Below are positions 50,874 to 61,340 of a DNA stretch of 64,000 nt, one piece after another. How positions within the stretch are numbered: position 1 is the first letter of the stretch; each line of letters starts with the position of its first letter. The stretch comes from Promethearchaeota archaeon. Its GTDB lineage: Archaea; Asgardarchaeota; Lokiarchaeia; Sigyniarchaeales; SOKP01. The stretch is from the NCBI GenBank assembly GCA_016840085.1, contig JAEOTA010000056.1, positions 5,328-69,327 on the forward strand. The letters are read 5' to 3'. The position numbers were made by a program, and so were the translations under genes. The notes beneath the pieces were generated by a model. The model was given only the letters and a program-made list of their open reading frames with translations. It was not told the DNA's origin and searched no databases.

Positions 50874-51620
50874 TTATACTAATAAAATTTTTAGTGGAGT
50901 ATATGTAGTTTCCGGCATGAATGCTTCCCCATATTCGCTATTAATCTCATTCCCTCGTAAAATAGCAGTGTCTTTTGCCCAATCTAAAACGCGTTCTAAA
51001 ACTTCTTTTTGAGAAATATATACACGATTAAAAATTTCTTTTTTACGTTCCCAGGTCTCAGTAATATCTACAATTACAAATACAGATCCTTCAATATATT
51101 GAAATTTGCATGATGGGGATTCATAATAATAAACTCCATAAGGTTTCCATTCTCTTCCATGACCTCCGTAAGCTTTCCCGGTAGAACAATGATAAATTGC
51201 TTCTCTTACTACAAATGATAAATTTCGATGCACTCTATGAAAATCTGTATAATGAGGTAATAAAATTACTTGAGGTTTGTAATCTCTTATCAAATTCGTA
51301 ATTTCTGCAATTTTTTCTCTTTCTCTCTCTAAATTTGAATAATTTAATTCTATAATTTCACATTTTAAAATTTCCTTTATAAAATCTAGTTCTTTTTCTC
51401 TCTGAGATGATATTGTTTCTTTATCCCGTTGTTTAGCATAACCACCTAATCCCCTAGTAGCTATAACAATAACAATTTCAGAACCAAGATCTTGATATTT
51501 TAAAATTGTTCCACCACAAGAAATTAATTCATCATCAGGATGTCCTGCAAAGACAATTACTTTTTTTGGTATAATTACAGGAAGCTTATCTTCACATATC
51601 AAAAATGAATTTTCTGGCAT
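50874..51620 (-). CDS. PIG-L/LmbE family deacetylase
   Basis: GHPDDE..CGGTI, DFHRVH, YGEAF. Confidence 0.9.
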   Translation of the reverse strand: MPENSFLICEDKLPVIIPKKVIVFAGHPDDELISCGGTILKYQDLGSEIVIVIATRGLGGYAKQRDKETISSQREKELDFIKEILKCEIIELNYSNLEREREKIAEITNLIRDYKPQVILLPHYTDFHRVHRNLSFVVREAIYHCSTGKAYGGHGREWKPYGVYYYESPSCKFQYIEGSVFVIVDITETWERKKEIFNRVYISQKEVLERVLDWAKDTAILRGNEINSEYGEAFMPETTYTPLKILLV

Positions 51621-51821
51621 TTAATATTAATTTTATCTTAAATATAAAAAACTTTGTTGAATTTCTATTTGAAGTTCATATTGAGAATTTAGGATCTACT
51701 TCTTAAATTTTAAAGCTACAATAATAAGTAATAAAAAGGAAGAGAAAAAGTATCTTAAGTTTCTATTCTACAATTTGATTCTCTCAATAGAATGTATAAT
51801 TCTACCCAATTAAGGATTTAG

Positions 51822-52544
51822 CTATTCTCCTCTCATGATCTTCTTCAATCTATTTAACTCATCGAGCATTTCATCTCTAAGAGATCCTAAACCACCGCCT
51901 ACTTGAGGAGCAGCTGCAGGTGCTGTAGGAGCTGCTGTGCCAGGAGGTCTTGGCGGTCCGCCACTAGGAGCTGTGGCAGGTGGTGCAGTTGGAGCGACAG
52001 GTCTTTTTGCAAATGTTGGTGCTTTTGGTGGACCACCACCAGCTGGAACTTTAGGGGGACCTCCACCTGAAGGAGGTAGTTTAGGGGCGGGTGGCAAATT
52101 ACCACGCTTAGGGGGACCGCCACCAGGAGGTGCTTTAGGAGGACCTCCACTAGGGGGTGCCTTTGGAGGACCACCACCAGGTGGCGCTTTAGGAGGACTA
52201 CCACCACTTGGAGGAGCAGGGGTAGCTGTCAGACTGGGGGGAGGTGGAGCTGCTGCTGAAGCCTCAGATGGAACTCCTCCGCTTAATAAGGAAAATAATG
52301 TGCTAGCTGCGGCTGTTTTAGCAGTATCAGGGGTTGCTGCTGCTACTATTTTTTTAGAGGAAGTACTTACTGTTTGAACTTCTTCTACAGTAATATCTTT
52401 TAAATCCTTCTGGGCTTTAGCTAAAGACTTGATAAAATCATTAATTCCTTTTACAGACTCCTCAAGATCATCAGCTAAAGAAGTTAGACCTTTTTTCATA
52501 AAATTAATAACGCGTTCGATTTTTTTTTGCTCTTTTGAAACCAC
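51822..52544 (-). CDS. Coiled-coil / polyproline / C-terminal WH2- or VASP-like protein
   Basis: N-terminal heptads; PPKAPPxGG repeats; GGGLGSLRDEMLDELNRLKKI end; GTG start with GAGG. Confidence 0.8.
   Translation of the reverse strand: MVSKEQKKIERVINFMKKGLTSLADDLEESVKGINDFIKSLAKAQKDLKDITVEEVQTVSTSSKKIVAAATPDTAKTAAASTLFSLLSGGVPSEASAAAPPPPSLTATPAPPSGGSPPKAPPGGGPPKAPPSGGPPKAPPGGGPPKRGNLPPAPKLPPSGGGPPKVPAGGGPPKAPTFAKRPVAPTAPPATAPSGGPPRPPGTAAPTAPAAAPQVGGGLGSLRDEMLDELNRLKKIMRGE
52018..52217 (-). repeat. 27-bp (9-aa, PPKAPP[G/S]GG) intragenic repeats
   Basis: About 6 units in the translation; locally GC-rich. Confidence 0.8.
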
Positions 52545-52937
52545 GTCTTACTCAATTCCTCTAATATTATTGAAAGTTTGATAAAAAGTTATTATTACTA
52601 GTAATAATCTAATATTTTAATTATATAATAAATTAATATGTATTTATATTTTTATTCCATTCTTGAATGAACTTTTAATTTGAACTAACCAGTATTTCTG
52701 AAAAAACGTTAATTATTAAAAAACCTAAACTAATAATATTATATAACATATTTCATTAGTAATTTTTAAATTAATTACATTATAAATTCAAAAAAAAAAT
52801 AAGACATAACTAAAATTTTTGCATTGGTGATTAAATATTCCTAAAAGAGAGCTCTTCATAATAGACTTAACACTCCGTTAGGTTTGTGAAAAAAGGGTAT
52901 ATGAAATAGTAAACGAGCTCAAAATACCACTGTTCCA

Positions 52938-53171
52938 TTGAGATCTCCTCATTTTACATTTGGAGTGGACATTGACGAGCGCGTTTATGATAAGGTTACT
53001 TTCAGTACGGGATCGGCGATCGCATCCGTCATTTTCAAATTTGAAGAGGATGAATCTGTAATCCGAGGATTCCTCGGTCTTGCTGAATACTTTCATACTG
53101 TTGTAATTAAGCGTAAGGACGAGTTTTTCATTCCTCATGCGTCTATATTGTTCCGTTTGATTAGCGCTTAA
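52938..53171 (+). CDS. Small protein, possible Sm/Hfq-like fold; 5' end uncertain
   Basis: VIFKF..VIRGFL..HTVVI..EFFIPHASIL strand pattern; upstream ATG at 52901 is out of frame by one base. Confidence 0.65.
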   Translation: MRSPHFTFGVDIDERVYDKVTFSTGSAIASVIFKFEEDESVIRGFLGLAEYFHTVVIKRKDEFFIPHASILFRLISA

Positions 53172-53229
53172 AATTTATTTTTTTTTACTTTTATTTTATA
53201 GATTACTAATTTTATAAACGTACTACTAA

Positions 53230-53946
53230 TTAAGTCTCATTTATACTGGAGATATAATAATTTGAATTATTAATCATTTCCAATACTTCAGTCTCAGGCA
53301 CATCATACCAATTTTTATAGGCATCTGCGACAGCAAACCATAGAACATCCCTAATATTAGGACAAAATAAATCATCAACTCCCTTCTCAACCACCCTCAC
53401 AGTTCTCAGAGGAGCTGTCGGAACTGCAACAAAAACTTTCGAGGGATTATATTTTTTTATCATATTAAGCGCTGCTAACATTGTAAAACCCGAAGCTAAA
53501 CCATCATCAAGAAGGAATATATATTTATTTTCAATATTTTTTTCGTAAAAATCCTCTGAAATCGAAGTTTTATCATAGAACTTTAACCTATCACTTATTT
53601 CTTCCTTAGTTAAAACAATAGAATCTTTTATTGCTTTTCCCGATAAGCTAAGCTGATTTAATAACGGTTTATTAATTAAAATTGTACCATCTGTAGTTAC
53701 AGCTCCAAATCCTGCTTCTGTATTATACGGAATCTTAATTTTTCGAACTATTAAAATATCATATTTAATGTTAAGTTTAGAGCAAAAACCCTCTGCAACA
53801 GGCACACCACCATTAGGAATCGCAAAACAAAAAAATTGAATATTATTTTCAAGAATACGATCTTTAAAAGAATTTCTTTCTTTTAGCACAAAATCCGCTA
53901 AAATTTCTCCTGCTTCAAATCTAGAGTCATATCTAATGAATTTCAT
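53230..53946 (-). CDS. Phosphoribosyltransferase family protein
   Basis: AIPNGGVPVA, VRKI, LLDDGLASGFTM. Confidence 0.92.
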   Translation of the reverse strand: MKFIRYDSRFEAGEILADFVLKERNSFKDRILENNIQFFCFAIPNGGVPVAEGFCSKLNIKYDILIVRKIKIPYNTEAGFGAVTTDGTILINKPLLNQLSLSGKAIKDSIVLTKEEISDRLKFYDKTSISEDFYEKNIENKYIFLLDDGLASGFTMLAALNMIKKYNPSKVFVAVPTAPLRTVRVVEKGVDDLFCPNIRDVLWFAVADAYKNWYDVPETEVLEMINNSNYYISSINET

Positions 53947-54138
53947 TATTATTAATAGTTATGTTAAACAATAATATAAAAATTATAGTTCTAAAAATCA
54001 AACACTTGAAATTATAACAGTTTTTGTGTAAAAAACTGAGCGTAGAAATATAAAATAAATTTAAATAGTTGAATTAGAATAATTAATATAAAATTGTATT
54101 TCTAATAACAAGGATAAAAAAATAAAATTGAGGAAAAC

Positions 54139-55857
54139 ATGAAAAAAGCTAGTTTATTTGCTGCTTTAATATTAGTTACATTATTTTTAATTCCTTTTGG
54201 AACTTTAACTGTAGCACAACCAACTAGTTATATTGGAATAGAAGAAGATAAAGAATACGAATGGAGAATCAATTTAAATATAGACGGTTTGAACGCATAC
54301 ATGCATAATATTGAGGGGTTATTAACTGACTTACAAACTAAAGTATCAGAATTGAACTTATCCGGCTACGAATCCCTAACTATTCCAGAAGCTATGGAAA
54401 CTTTTGCTCATGAAATGCTTTCAAGTTTATTGCCTTCAAACTGGGAAGCTTTAAACATATCAACATTATTCCACAAATCTGTTGAACATTTCATAATTGA
54501 ATTTAACTCAACATTTCTTTCGGGAATGATCCCTTCTAATTGGAAATCACTAGAATATGATGCGTTTATAGATTATATAATTGATGGTCTTAATAATACG
54601 TTACCTTCAGGATGGGAAGAGTGCCCAGTTCCAGAATTAATCAAGCTTGCTGTAAATGAATTTAACAGTTCACTTTTATTCGGACTACTGCCTACAGGAT
54701 GGGAAGATTTCACATTAAAAGAAATATTTGATCATGTAATACAAGAAGCAATTCCCGAATTAAAAAAGAGTTTCATAACCTATAAGATGATATCTCAGAT
54801 GATAGAAATGATACTAATGGATTTACCATCTGAAGTAGTAGATTATTCAATTGACGACCTTCTACCCATAGTTTTACCTAGCAACGTGACAGATTTAAAT
54901 CTTACATCCTTACGTGAATCTATTTGGTATTTTTTCAATAGTACTATGCCAACAGGTTGGGAATCTAAGAATATTTCTACATTAATTGATTATCAAATTG
55001 AAGCAATTAATTACACTTTACCTCCAGGGTTCGATGAAGCAAATATATCAACCATTATAACATGGGGGATAGATGGATTAATGGAAAATGCTACAAATAG
55101 CGTGCCTCCAGAATTATTACCTTATGGTTGGGAGAATATGACAATATCAGATTTAGCTATTGCATTGATTGAGGAGGGTAAAACCCAATGGACAGATATA
55201 GTTTTACCACAATGGGAAACTCTCAAGCAAACCTCTGAGTTTGCAGATTATTTTCCCGATAAAATTGGTTTAAGACTCGCTATTGATCAGATCGGATCAG
55301 AAATAGAAGCCTATGTGGGTGGGCCAAAAGCATCCCCTATTGAGATGACAGCTTATATCAGTATTGATATGGAAAACTGGATAACTCTTGAAGAATTGAT
55401 TTCTAATCTTACAGGACCAGTTTCTACATCTGAACCTTTAAATTATGAAGAAAATTATACATACACATCCCCTTTTGAATTTCTTCTTAATTTTTCATAT
55501 ATTCCATACATAGTGGATCCATCGACTTATTCAGATGGGCAATTAGCATTATTGGATCAAGTAGTATTTACAGGAGGTTTCATCGTAGCAACAAATTATG
55601 ATTGGGAAAATATTACAACTGATACGGCAATTGAAATCCAAGGAAATGTAGATGCGTTTGAGTTCTCAGCAGAATGGAATGATTACGGTCTTCTTAAACA
55701 AGCAACTTTAAAGGCAGATGGAAAAACTGCAGTTTCTATTAATTTATTTGAAGAAGTAACAGAAATTCCGGGATATGAAATGACAACATTTATTATAGTT
55801 ATTCCAATAGCTATTGTCGGTTTAATTTATTATATAAGGAAAAAAAACATTAGGTAA
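54139..55857 (+). CDS. Secreted surface protein with LPxGWE repeats and IPGY/TM anchor
   Basis: Signal peptide, many N-x-S/T sequons, IPGYE-TM-RKK tail. Confidence 0.85.
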   Translation: MKKASLFAALILVTLFLIPFGTLTVAQPTSYIGIEEDKEYEWRINLNIDGLNAYMHNIEGLLTDLQTKVSELNLSGYESLTIPEAMETFAHEMLSSLLPSNWEALNISTLFHKSVEHFIIEFNSTFLSGMIPSNWKSLEYDAFIDYIIDGLNNTLPSGWEECPVPELIKLAVNEFNSSLLFGLLPTGWEDFTLKEIFDHVIQEAIPELKKSFITYKMISQMIEMILMDLPSEVVDYSIDDLLPIVLPSNVTDLNLTSLRESIWYFFNSTMPTGWESKNISTLIDYQIEAINYTLPPGFDEANISTIITWGIDGLMENATNSVPPELLPYGWENMTISDLAIALIEEGKTQWTDIVLPQWETLKQTSEFADYFPDKIGLRLAIDQIGSEIEAYVGGPKASPIEMTAYISIDMENWITLEELISNLTGPVSTSEPLNYEENYTYTSPFEFLLNFSYIPYIVDPSTYSDGQLALLDQVVFTGGFIVATNYDWENITTDTAIEIQGNVDAFEFSAEWNDYGLLKQATLKADGKTAVSINLFEEVTEIPGYEMTTFIIVIPIAIVGLIYYIRKKNIR

Positions 55858-55929
55858 ATTAAAAATCTAAAAATTTTTTTTTATTTTTGCTTTCTTAAAA
55901 TTGATTAGAATTTAGAGTTTAGAATTTAG

Positions 55930-56208
55930 ATGAATTTCGCAGAATCAATCCTTTTTTTACTTATGATTGTACTATTTTTATCATCTTTGAAATCAAATAC
56001 CTTTTTTATAGTTTTTGGAGCAGCTATTTATTTATTTTTTATTCTGCAATTGGCTTCATTCGACCCCATTGAAATTCTTGAAAAAATTGCTAAATATATT
56101 GTATTTAATCCTCTAGGTATACTAATATTGTTTATTCCATTAATGCTAAATGCTTTCTTTAACTATTTAAAATCGTCTTTAAAGAAGAAAAAAGAAGATA
56201 CTAGTTGA
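55930..56208 (+). CDS. Small membrane protein
   Basis: 92-aa hydrophobic ORF with a basic tail. Confidence 0.6.
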   Translation: MNFAESILFLLMIVLFLSSLKSNTFFIVFGAAIYLFFILQLASFDPIEILEKIAKYIVFNPLGILILFIPLMLNAFFNYLKSSLKKKKEDTS

Positions 56209-56211
56209 TTT

Positions 56212-57864
56212 TCATTCAATTGAATTTAGATTGCGAATTCCGAAAATAAACATAACACTAGCTATAGCTGATGATATTCCTAAGCTAATCAAAATAATAT
56301 AAATTAGTCCTAAATATGGATTTATTATATCTGGCACAGTTGGGATAAATATAAAAAGAGTGAGCAAAAAAGAACAAATATGTAATAAAAGAATTAAATA
56401 ATTATTTGTAATTAGATTTTTTCGACGTTCTTCAAATAAGGGTCTAATACACTGAAATCCTATAGCTTGAAGAAGGATATTGGTGCTATTTACGATATAA
56501 GTAAAGAAAAATAATAAAGAAATAAAGATATCTAATTGAAAAACAAGAGAAAAAAATAATGTCAATACTATATCAAAAGAAATTAAGATATACAACATAG
56601 AATACAAAAAAGAGTAAAATAACGATTTGGTTCCTTTGGGAGTCTTTTTATAAGCAAATAATAATTCTTTTGATCCAATAAAATCATACATTCCTACTAA
56701 CAAGCCAAAGATTAATCCTCCCATCCAAGCTATAATAATTGCTATAATGTTTTTATTAAAGGTAATTTGAAAAATTATGGGAATATTTAATGGTTCTAAT
56801 GTGAATGAGAAAGCTTGATTTTCAAAAGAAACCATAATAAATATACCAAGAATACTGATCGTTCCAATAATGTATATTAATTTTGTTAGATTTTCTCTTT
56901 TTCTTAAGAAGGATTTAAACTGGACAACAACTAATTTTTTGTATTTTGTAAGAGTAATCTTTTTAATTAATTTATGCGAAAATTTTATCTTTTCAATGAA
57001 TTTTGAATCTTTCTGTGTTCCCAATCTTAAATCATAAAAAATGTATGCTTTTTTATAAGAAAGATAGAAAACTAAGATTGGAATTAAAATAGCTAAACTT
57101 AGATTTGCCCAAATATTTAAAATATATGAATTTATGTATGTTGGATTAATAGAATATAGAATTATATTTGAATACCAAAAAGAAGGATAAAAAAAGAACC
57201 AATTTTTAAATTCTGGATGATTTCTAATAAAGTCAAACACAAAATGAAATATATAAAATATAATAATTACTAAAACTGCGATTAAAAATAGAGATATATT
57301 GCCTAAATTTTTTAATTTTTTGCTGGAAGTAAATTTATGCTCAACCCAATTAGATACAATTGCCCCTATCAATGAGCCGAAAATAGATAAGGTAAAAAAA
57401 CAAAAATAAAAAATCAGATAATGGAAAATATTCATTTGAGGATTTATTTGTAATATTAAAGCTATACCAAATGGACCAATTATCAAAATAAATACTAAAT
57501 AAAATGGTAATTGTCCCATAAATTCACCTAAGAATATGTCTCCTGGTCTGGCAGGTGTAGCTAATAATAATTCTTTTTTATCAATTTCTGCTTTTCTAAA
57601 GAGAACAAAGAGAGGATATATTACAGACATAAAAAAAAAAGTTGTAAATGTATATTCAACTAATTGAATAATGAAATTTTCTAATTGATTTGAAAAATCT
57701 TTTATTATTTCTGGAATAATTGCATCAATAATAACGGGTCCTAAGTAAAGTGCCCAGAATAAAGCTAATGAATAGATCAAAATGAAATATAGTCTACGAT
57801 TTGTTCTTAAACGACTAGATTTTAACCGAATTTCACACTTTGCGATTGTTCTCCAAAGATTCAA
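56212..57864 (-). CDS. ABC exporter permease-like polytopic membrane protein
   Basis: ELLLATPARPGDIFLGE; many TM in two halves. Confidence 0.78.
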   Translation of the reverse strand: MNLWRTIAKCEIRLKSSRLRTNRRLYFILIYSLALFWALYLGPVIIDAIIPEIIKDFSNQLENFIIQLVEYTFTTFFFMSVIYPLFVLFRKAEIDKKELLLATPARPGDIFLGEFMGQLPFYLVFILIIGPFGIALILQINPQMNIFHYLIFYFCFFTLSIFGSLIGAIVSNWVEHKFTSSKKLKNLGNISLFLIAVLVIIIFYIFHFVFDFIRNHPEFKNWFFFYPSFWYSNIILYSINPTYINSYILNIWANLSLAILIPILVFYLSYKKAYIFYDLRLGTQKDSKFIEKIKFSHKLIKKITLTKYKKLVVVQFKSFLRKRENLTKLIYIIGTISILGIFIMVSFENQAFSFTLEPLNIPIIFQITFNKNIIAIIIAWMGGLIFGLLVGMYDFIGSKELLFAYKKTPKGTKSLFYSFLYSMLYILISFDIVLTLFFSLVFQLDIFISLLFFFTYIVNSTNILLQAIGFQCIRPLFEERRKNLITNNYLILLLHICSFLLTLFIFIPTVPDIINPYLGLIYIILISLGISSAIASVMFIFGIRNLNSIE

Positions 57865-58000
57865 CTGATCTATTCTCTTTAATTTTATTAAAATAGTCTT
57901 TTCTATAATAATAAGATTATTCGGTAAATAACTTTAATATTTAGATAAAGGTATGCATTTGATTATTCCCATCTAAAATTGACTGTGGTAAATATAAAAG

Positions 58001-58029
58001 CTTAAATAGTTAAAAAACTTAAATAGTTA
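58001..58029. repeat. Direct repeat CTTAAATAGTTA x2 (17-bp period) in a divergent promoter region
   Basis: Copies at 58001-58012 and 58018-58029, overlapping a TATA-like element. Confidence 0.55.
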
Positions 58030-58258
58030 TCTAAAAAGCTATAAATTATAATTAAATAATAGCTAAATATTTAATTTTTTCTATACAACACACAAAATAT
58101 ATTGATAATTTAACAATAAAAAAAAAAAATTAGTTGCACCTAAAATTTAAATATGAAGAGAAATAATTTAATTAAGAAGTTAAATAAATAATAAAATATC
58201 TTAAAAAAATGCTTCAAAAAGATAATATTAATTCAATGGATTCTGATGAGGATGGTAG

Positions 58259-58813
58259 ATGGAGTCTCAAGATTCTAAAGGAAAAATTGTTAAAGAGACC
58301 TTCCCATCAGAGATCATATCAATTATAGGGGATATTTTTGCTGGGATTATTCTTTCTTTTTTGATTTTACCTTTTGAAAGTTTTCTTATTTTATTATTAA
58401 TGATACCAGCCCTTTTATCCTTAAGAGGGAATTTAAGCGGTCCTTTCATTGCCAGAACTTCACGTGATTTTATTATTGGAGATTTTACAAAGAGATCATG
58501 GATTGAAAATGTGTTAGCAACATATTCACTTTCGATTATAACTGCTTTTTTTATTGGTATATTTACGATTCTTTTAAATATAGCCTTTTTTAAGATATTT
58601 ATACTTCATATTGGATATCTTATTGCGATACCTATAATATCAATTGTTCTAACTTTATCTATATCAATTCCTTGTTCGACAGGATTAAACTATCTAGCTT
58701 TCAGAAAAGGTCTAAACCCAAACAACATAGTTAATCCTATTATGACGGCAATTGATGATTTTTTTACCGTTTTTTGTTTTCTTTTAACAATTATCTTATT
58801 GGGGGTTCCATAA
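58259..58813 (+). CDS. MgtE/SLC41-type transmembrane domain protein, half 1
   Basis: PALLSLRGN, GLNPNNIVNPIMTAIDD. Confidence 0.85.
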   Translation: MESQDSKGKIVKETFPSEIISIIGDIFAGIILSFLILPFESFLILLLMIPALLSLRGNLSGPFIARTSRDFIIGDFTKRSWIENVLATYSLSIITAFFIGIFTILLNIAFFKIFILHIGYLIAIPIISIVLTLSISIPCSTGLNYLAFRKGLNPNNIVNPIMTAIDDFFTVFCFLLTIILLGVP

Positions 58814-59364
58814 TGAAATACTTTGTAAAAATTTTCAAGGAATCGATAATAATTGTGGTAATTTCCTCCTTAATGGGATTAATCTCTGGTTCCTTATTAT
58901 CTTTAAATGAAGAATTACTTTATACAATTCCAATTATTTTATTAATTCTCCCTGCTTTAAATTCACTTATAGGAGATATCTCAACTGTTCTCGTCTCTCG
59001 ATTAACCACACATCTTTATATTGGAACCTTATCTCCCACAATTCAAAATTCTGAAAGATTGAAAGAAGATTTTTATGGATTACTCATTACTCTTTTGTTA
59101 AGTTTAGTTTCTTTAATCTCTTTAGGTTATATGATTGGGGTGATTTCTGGTATAGAAATTGTTAATCCATTTTTAATGATTTTAATTATAAGTATTACTG
59201 TTTTATTGATTTTTTTTATAATGTTTATCTTACTCTTTACAAGTGCTATATTTTTGTTTAAGCGGGGGATGGATCCGAATAATTTTTTAATTCCATTTGT
59301 TACCTCCCTAGCAGACTTTCTAACGCCTTTTTTCTTAATTTTATTTATAATAATATTTATATAA
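58813..59364 (+). CDS. MgtE/SLC41-type transmembrane domain protein, half 2
   Basis: PALNSLIGD..SRL, GMDPNNFLIPFVTSLAD; TAATG stop/start overlap. Confidence 0.85.
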   Translation: MKYFVKIFKESIIIVVISSLMGLISGSLLSLNEELLYTIPIILLILPALNSLIGDISTVLVSRLTTHLYIGTLSPTIQNSERLKEDFYGLLITLLLSLVSLISLGYMIGVISGIEIVNPFLMILIISITVLLIFFIMFILLFTSAIFLFKRGMDPNNFLIPFVTSLADFLTPFFLILFIIIFI

Positions 59365-59401
59365 AATCAAAGTATTATGAAAAGTGAGTGATTAAAACAA
59401 C

Positions 59402-60649
59402 ATGACTAAGCCCAGTAAAAAATTTAAATATAAGCCACTTTCTTTAAAAGAGATTATTCGGGAAATGAAACAAAATATTGATTTAATGATTGATTTGACT
59501 TATAGTGCATTAAAATTCGGAAGCAAGGAGCCTGCTGATGAGGTCTATAATATTGAACAAAGAATTCATGAGCTTACGTTTTTACTAAATTTTCAAATAA
59601 TTCAAGCTCATCCAAGGGGTTTACAAGGTGCTAAAAAATTAGAACCTATAGTCGTTATGGGTTATGCTATTGATAAAATTTCTGACGCTTTATCTGATAT
59701 CGCACGAGTAGTTTATATCAATAATGATATTTCATACTTTGTCCAATTATTCAGTGATATTAGTTATGTGCCTAAACCTATAGTGAAAATTGTTGTAAAT
59801 AAAGGTTGTGAGTTTATAGGTCAGATAAGGAAAGATGTCCATTTTAGATCTAAACACGGAGTTGATCTCATCGCAATCAGAAGGGGAAACAAATGGTTTT
59901 TTGAAAAAGACGAAAGAGTGCAATTAGGAGATATTCTAATCGTTAAAGGAGAAATCACACCAATAATGGAACTGAAAAATCTATGTATTGATCAAGAACC
60001 CTTTTCTTTTGATATAGAAAAACAAAAGGAAAAACCTTTTTTCGATCTTGAAAATCCAGATATTTGTGAAAAATTTGAAGAACTCCAAGGAAAATATGTA
60101 TTAATTACTAATATTTCAGAAACTATGATCGAATTATCTTTGGCTGCCTTATTCTTTAATAATGAAGAACTTGCTGAAGATATTCTTGAAATGGAAGAAT
60201 TGATGGATGGACTAAATATTGCGTTTGAAAAAGATCTATTAGATTTAGTTCAATTAATAGAATCACCTCGAGATCTTACAGGAGTTATGCGAATTATTTT
60301 TTCCTGTGAATTGATATCAGATGCTGCTGCTAATATAGCAGAGAGCATCTTAAAAGGGTTTGAACCCCATAGAATTCTGCAACAAGCTATTCGAGAGACT
60401 TCGGAAATTGTAGTGAGAGAAACTCTATCAGAGGATTCTTATTTCAAAGATAAAACTTATGATGAACTACAAGATAGCCGTTATAAACGTGGTTTCCATA
60501 TCATTGCTCTAAAACGAGAAGATAAATGGGTTTATAGTTTTAAACCTGATTTCAATTTTGAAGAAGGAGATCTACTGATAGGGTTAGGCCCTAAAGAAAC
60601 GGTCTTAGAATGGAGAAGATGTGTAAATCCTGAAAAATATAACGAATAA
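59402..60649 (+). CDS. PhoU + TrkA_C (RCK_C) duplicated regulatory protein
   Basis: LMIDLTYSAL/MIELSLAAL PhoU halves; GVDLIAIRRG and GFHIIALKR TrkA_C domains. Confidence 0.88.
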   Translation: MTKPSKKFKYKPLSLKEIIREMKQNIDLMIDLTYSALKFGSKEPADEVYNIEQRIHELTFLLNFQIIQAHPRGLQGAKKLEPIVVMGYAIDKISDALSDIARVVYINNDISYFVQLFSDISYVPKPIVKIVVNKGCEFIGQIRKDVHFRSKHGVDLIAIRRGNKWFFEKDERVQLGDILIVKGEITPIMELKNLCIDQEPFSFDIEKQKEKPFFDLENPDICEKFEELQGKYVLITNISETMIELSLAALFFNNEELAEDILEMEELMDGLNIAFEKDLLDLVQLIESPRDLTGVMRIIFSCELISDAAANIAESILKGFEPHRILQQAIRETSEIVVRETLSEDSYFKDKTYDELQDSRYKRGFHIIALKREDKWVYSFKPDFNFEEGDLLIGLGPKETVLEWRRCVNPEKYNE

Positions 60650-60673
60650 GAAGAAAGTATTGAGACAATAACT

Positions 60674-61261
60674 ATGAAAGAAAACAATGACAGTAAAAGA
60701 TTTCACAATACTATGCTTGAAATTGCAAATCAGATAGAAAATAATGCAGAAAAAATCAATATCAATGATATATTGAATACAATTGAATTAATATTACAAA
60801 AGCATAACCAAAATAATATGATTTTCATTTATGGTGCTGGACGTTCAGGATTCATTGGAAGATGTTTTGCACAAAGACTAATGCATTTAGGAATAAGATC
60901 ATGTTTTATATCCGATACTGTGACTTATCAATATACAAATAAAGATCTTCTCTTTATTATTAGTGGTAGTGGAGAAACAACTTCCTCAGCCGCAATTGCA
61001 CAAAAAGCAAAAGATATAGGAGGGATGATTGTTTTACTAAGCGCCAATTCTGAAAGTACAATCGGAAAATTATCTAATTGCATAATAAAAATTTCTGGTA
61101 AAAGTAAAGATATAGCAAAAACACAAAAATCATTAGCACCTTATACAAGTTTATTTGATATCTCAGCTTTAGCAGTTTTAGACTCAATAGGAGGGACTTT
61201 AATGAATATCTTAGATGTCACAGAAGCAGATATTGATAAAAGGCATGCCTCCATTGAATAA
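60674..61261 (+). CDS. hxlB: 6-phospho-3-hexuloisomerase (SIS domain)
   Basis: GAGRSG..FAQRLMHLG, SGSGET, HASIE end. Confidence 0.92.
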   Translation: MKENNDSKRFHNTMLEIANQIENNAEKININDILNTIELILQKHNQNNMIFIYGAGRSGFIGRCFAQRLMHLGIRSCFISDTVTYQYTNKDLLFIISGSGETTSSAAIAQKAKDIGGMIVLLSANSESTIGKLSNCIIKISGKSKDIAKTQKSLAPYTSLFDISALAVLDSIGGTLMNILDVTEADIDKRHASIE

Positions 61262-61340
61262 ATAATTATAAACTAGCAGTTAAAATTTTATACTTAAAAA
61301 AATATAATTATTTTAAGTAAGAAAGTGTAAATTTAATGTT

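Noticed and set aside
51899-52377. GC-rich island and overlapping ORFs suggesting foreign DNA or an RNA gene
   Set aside because: GC content is explained by Pro/Gly/Ala codons of the minus-strand gene; the alternative ORFs are shadows
52902-52904. In-frame TGA as a selenocysteine codon
   Set aside because: No redox-motif context, no plausible in-frame start upstream and no SECIS-like hairpin seen; a one-base indel explains it better
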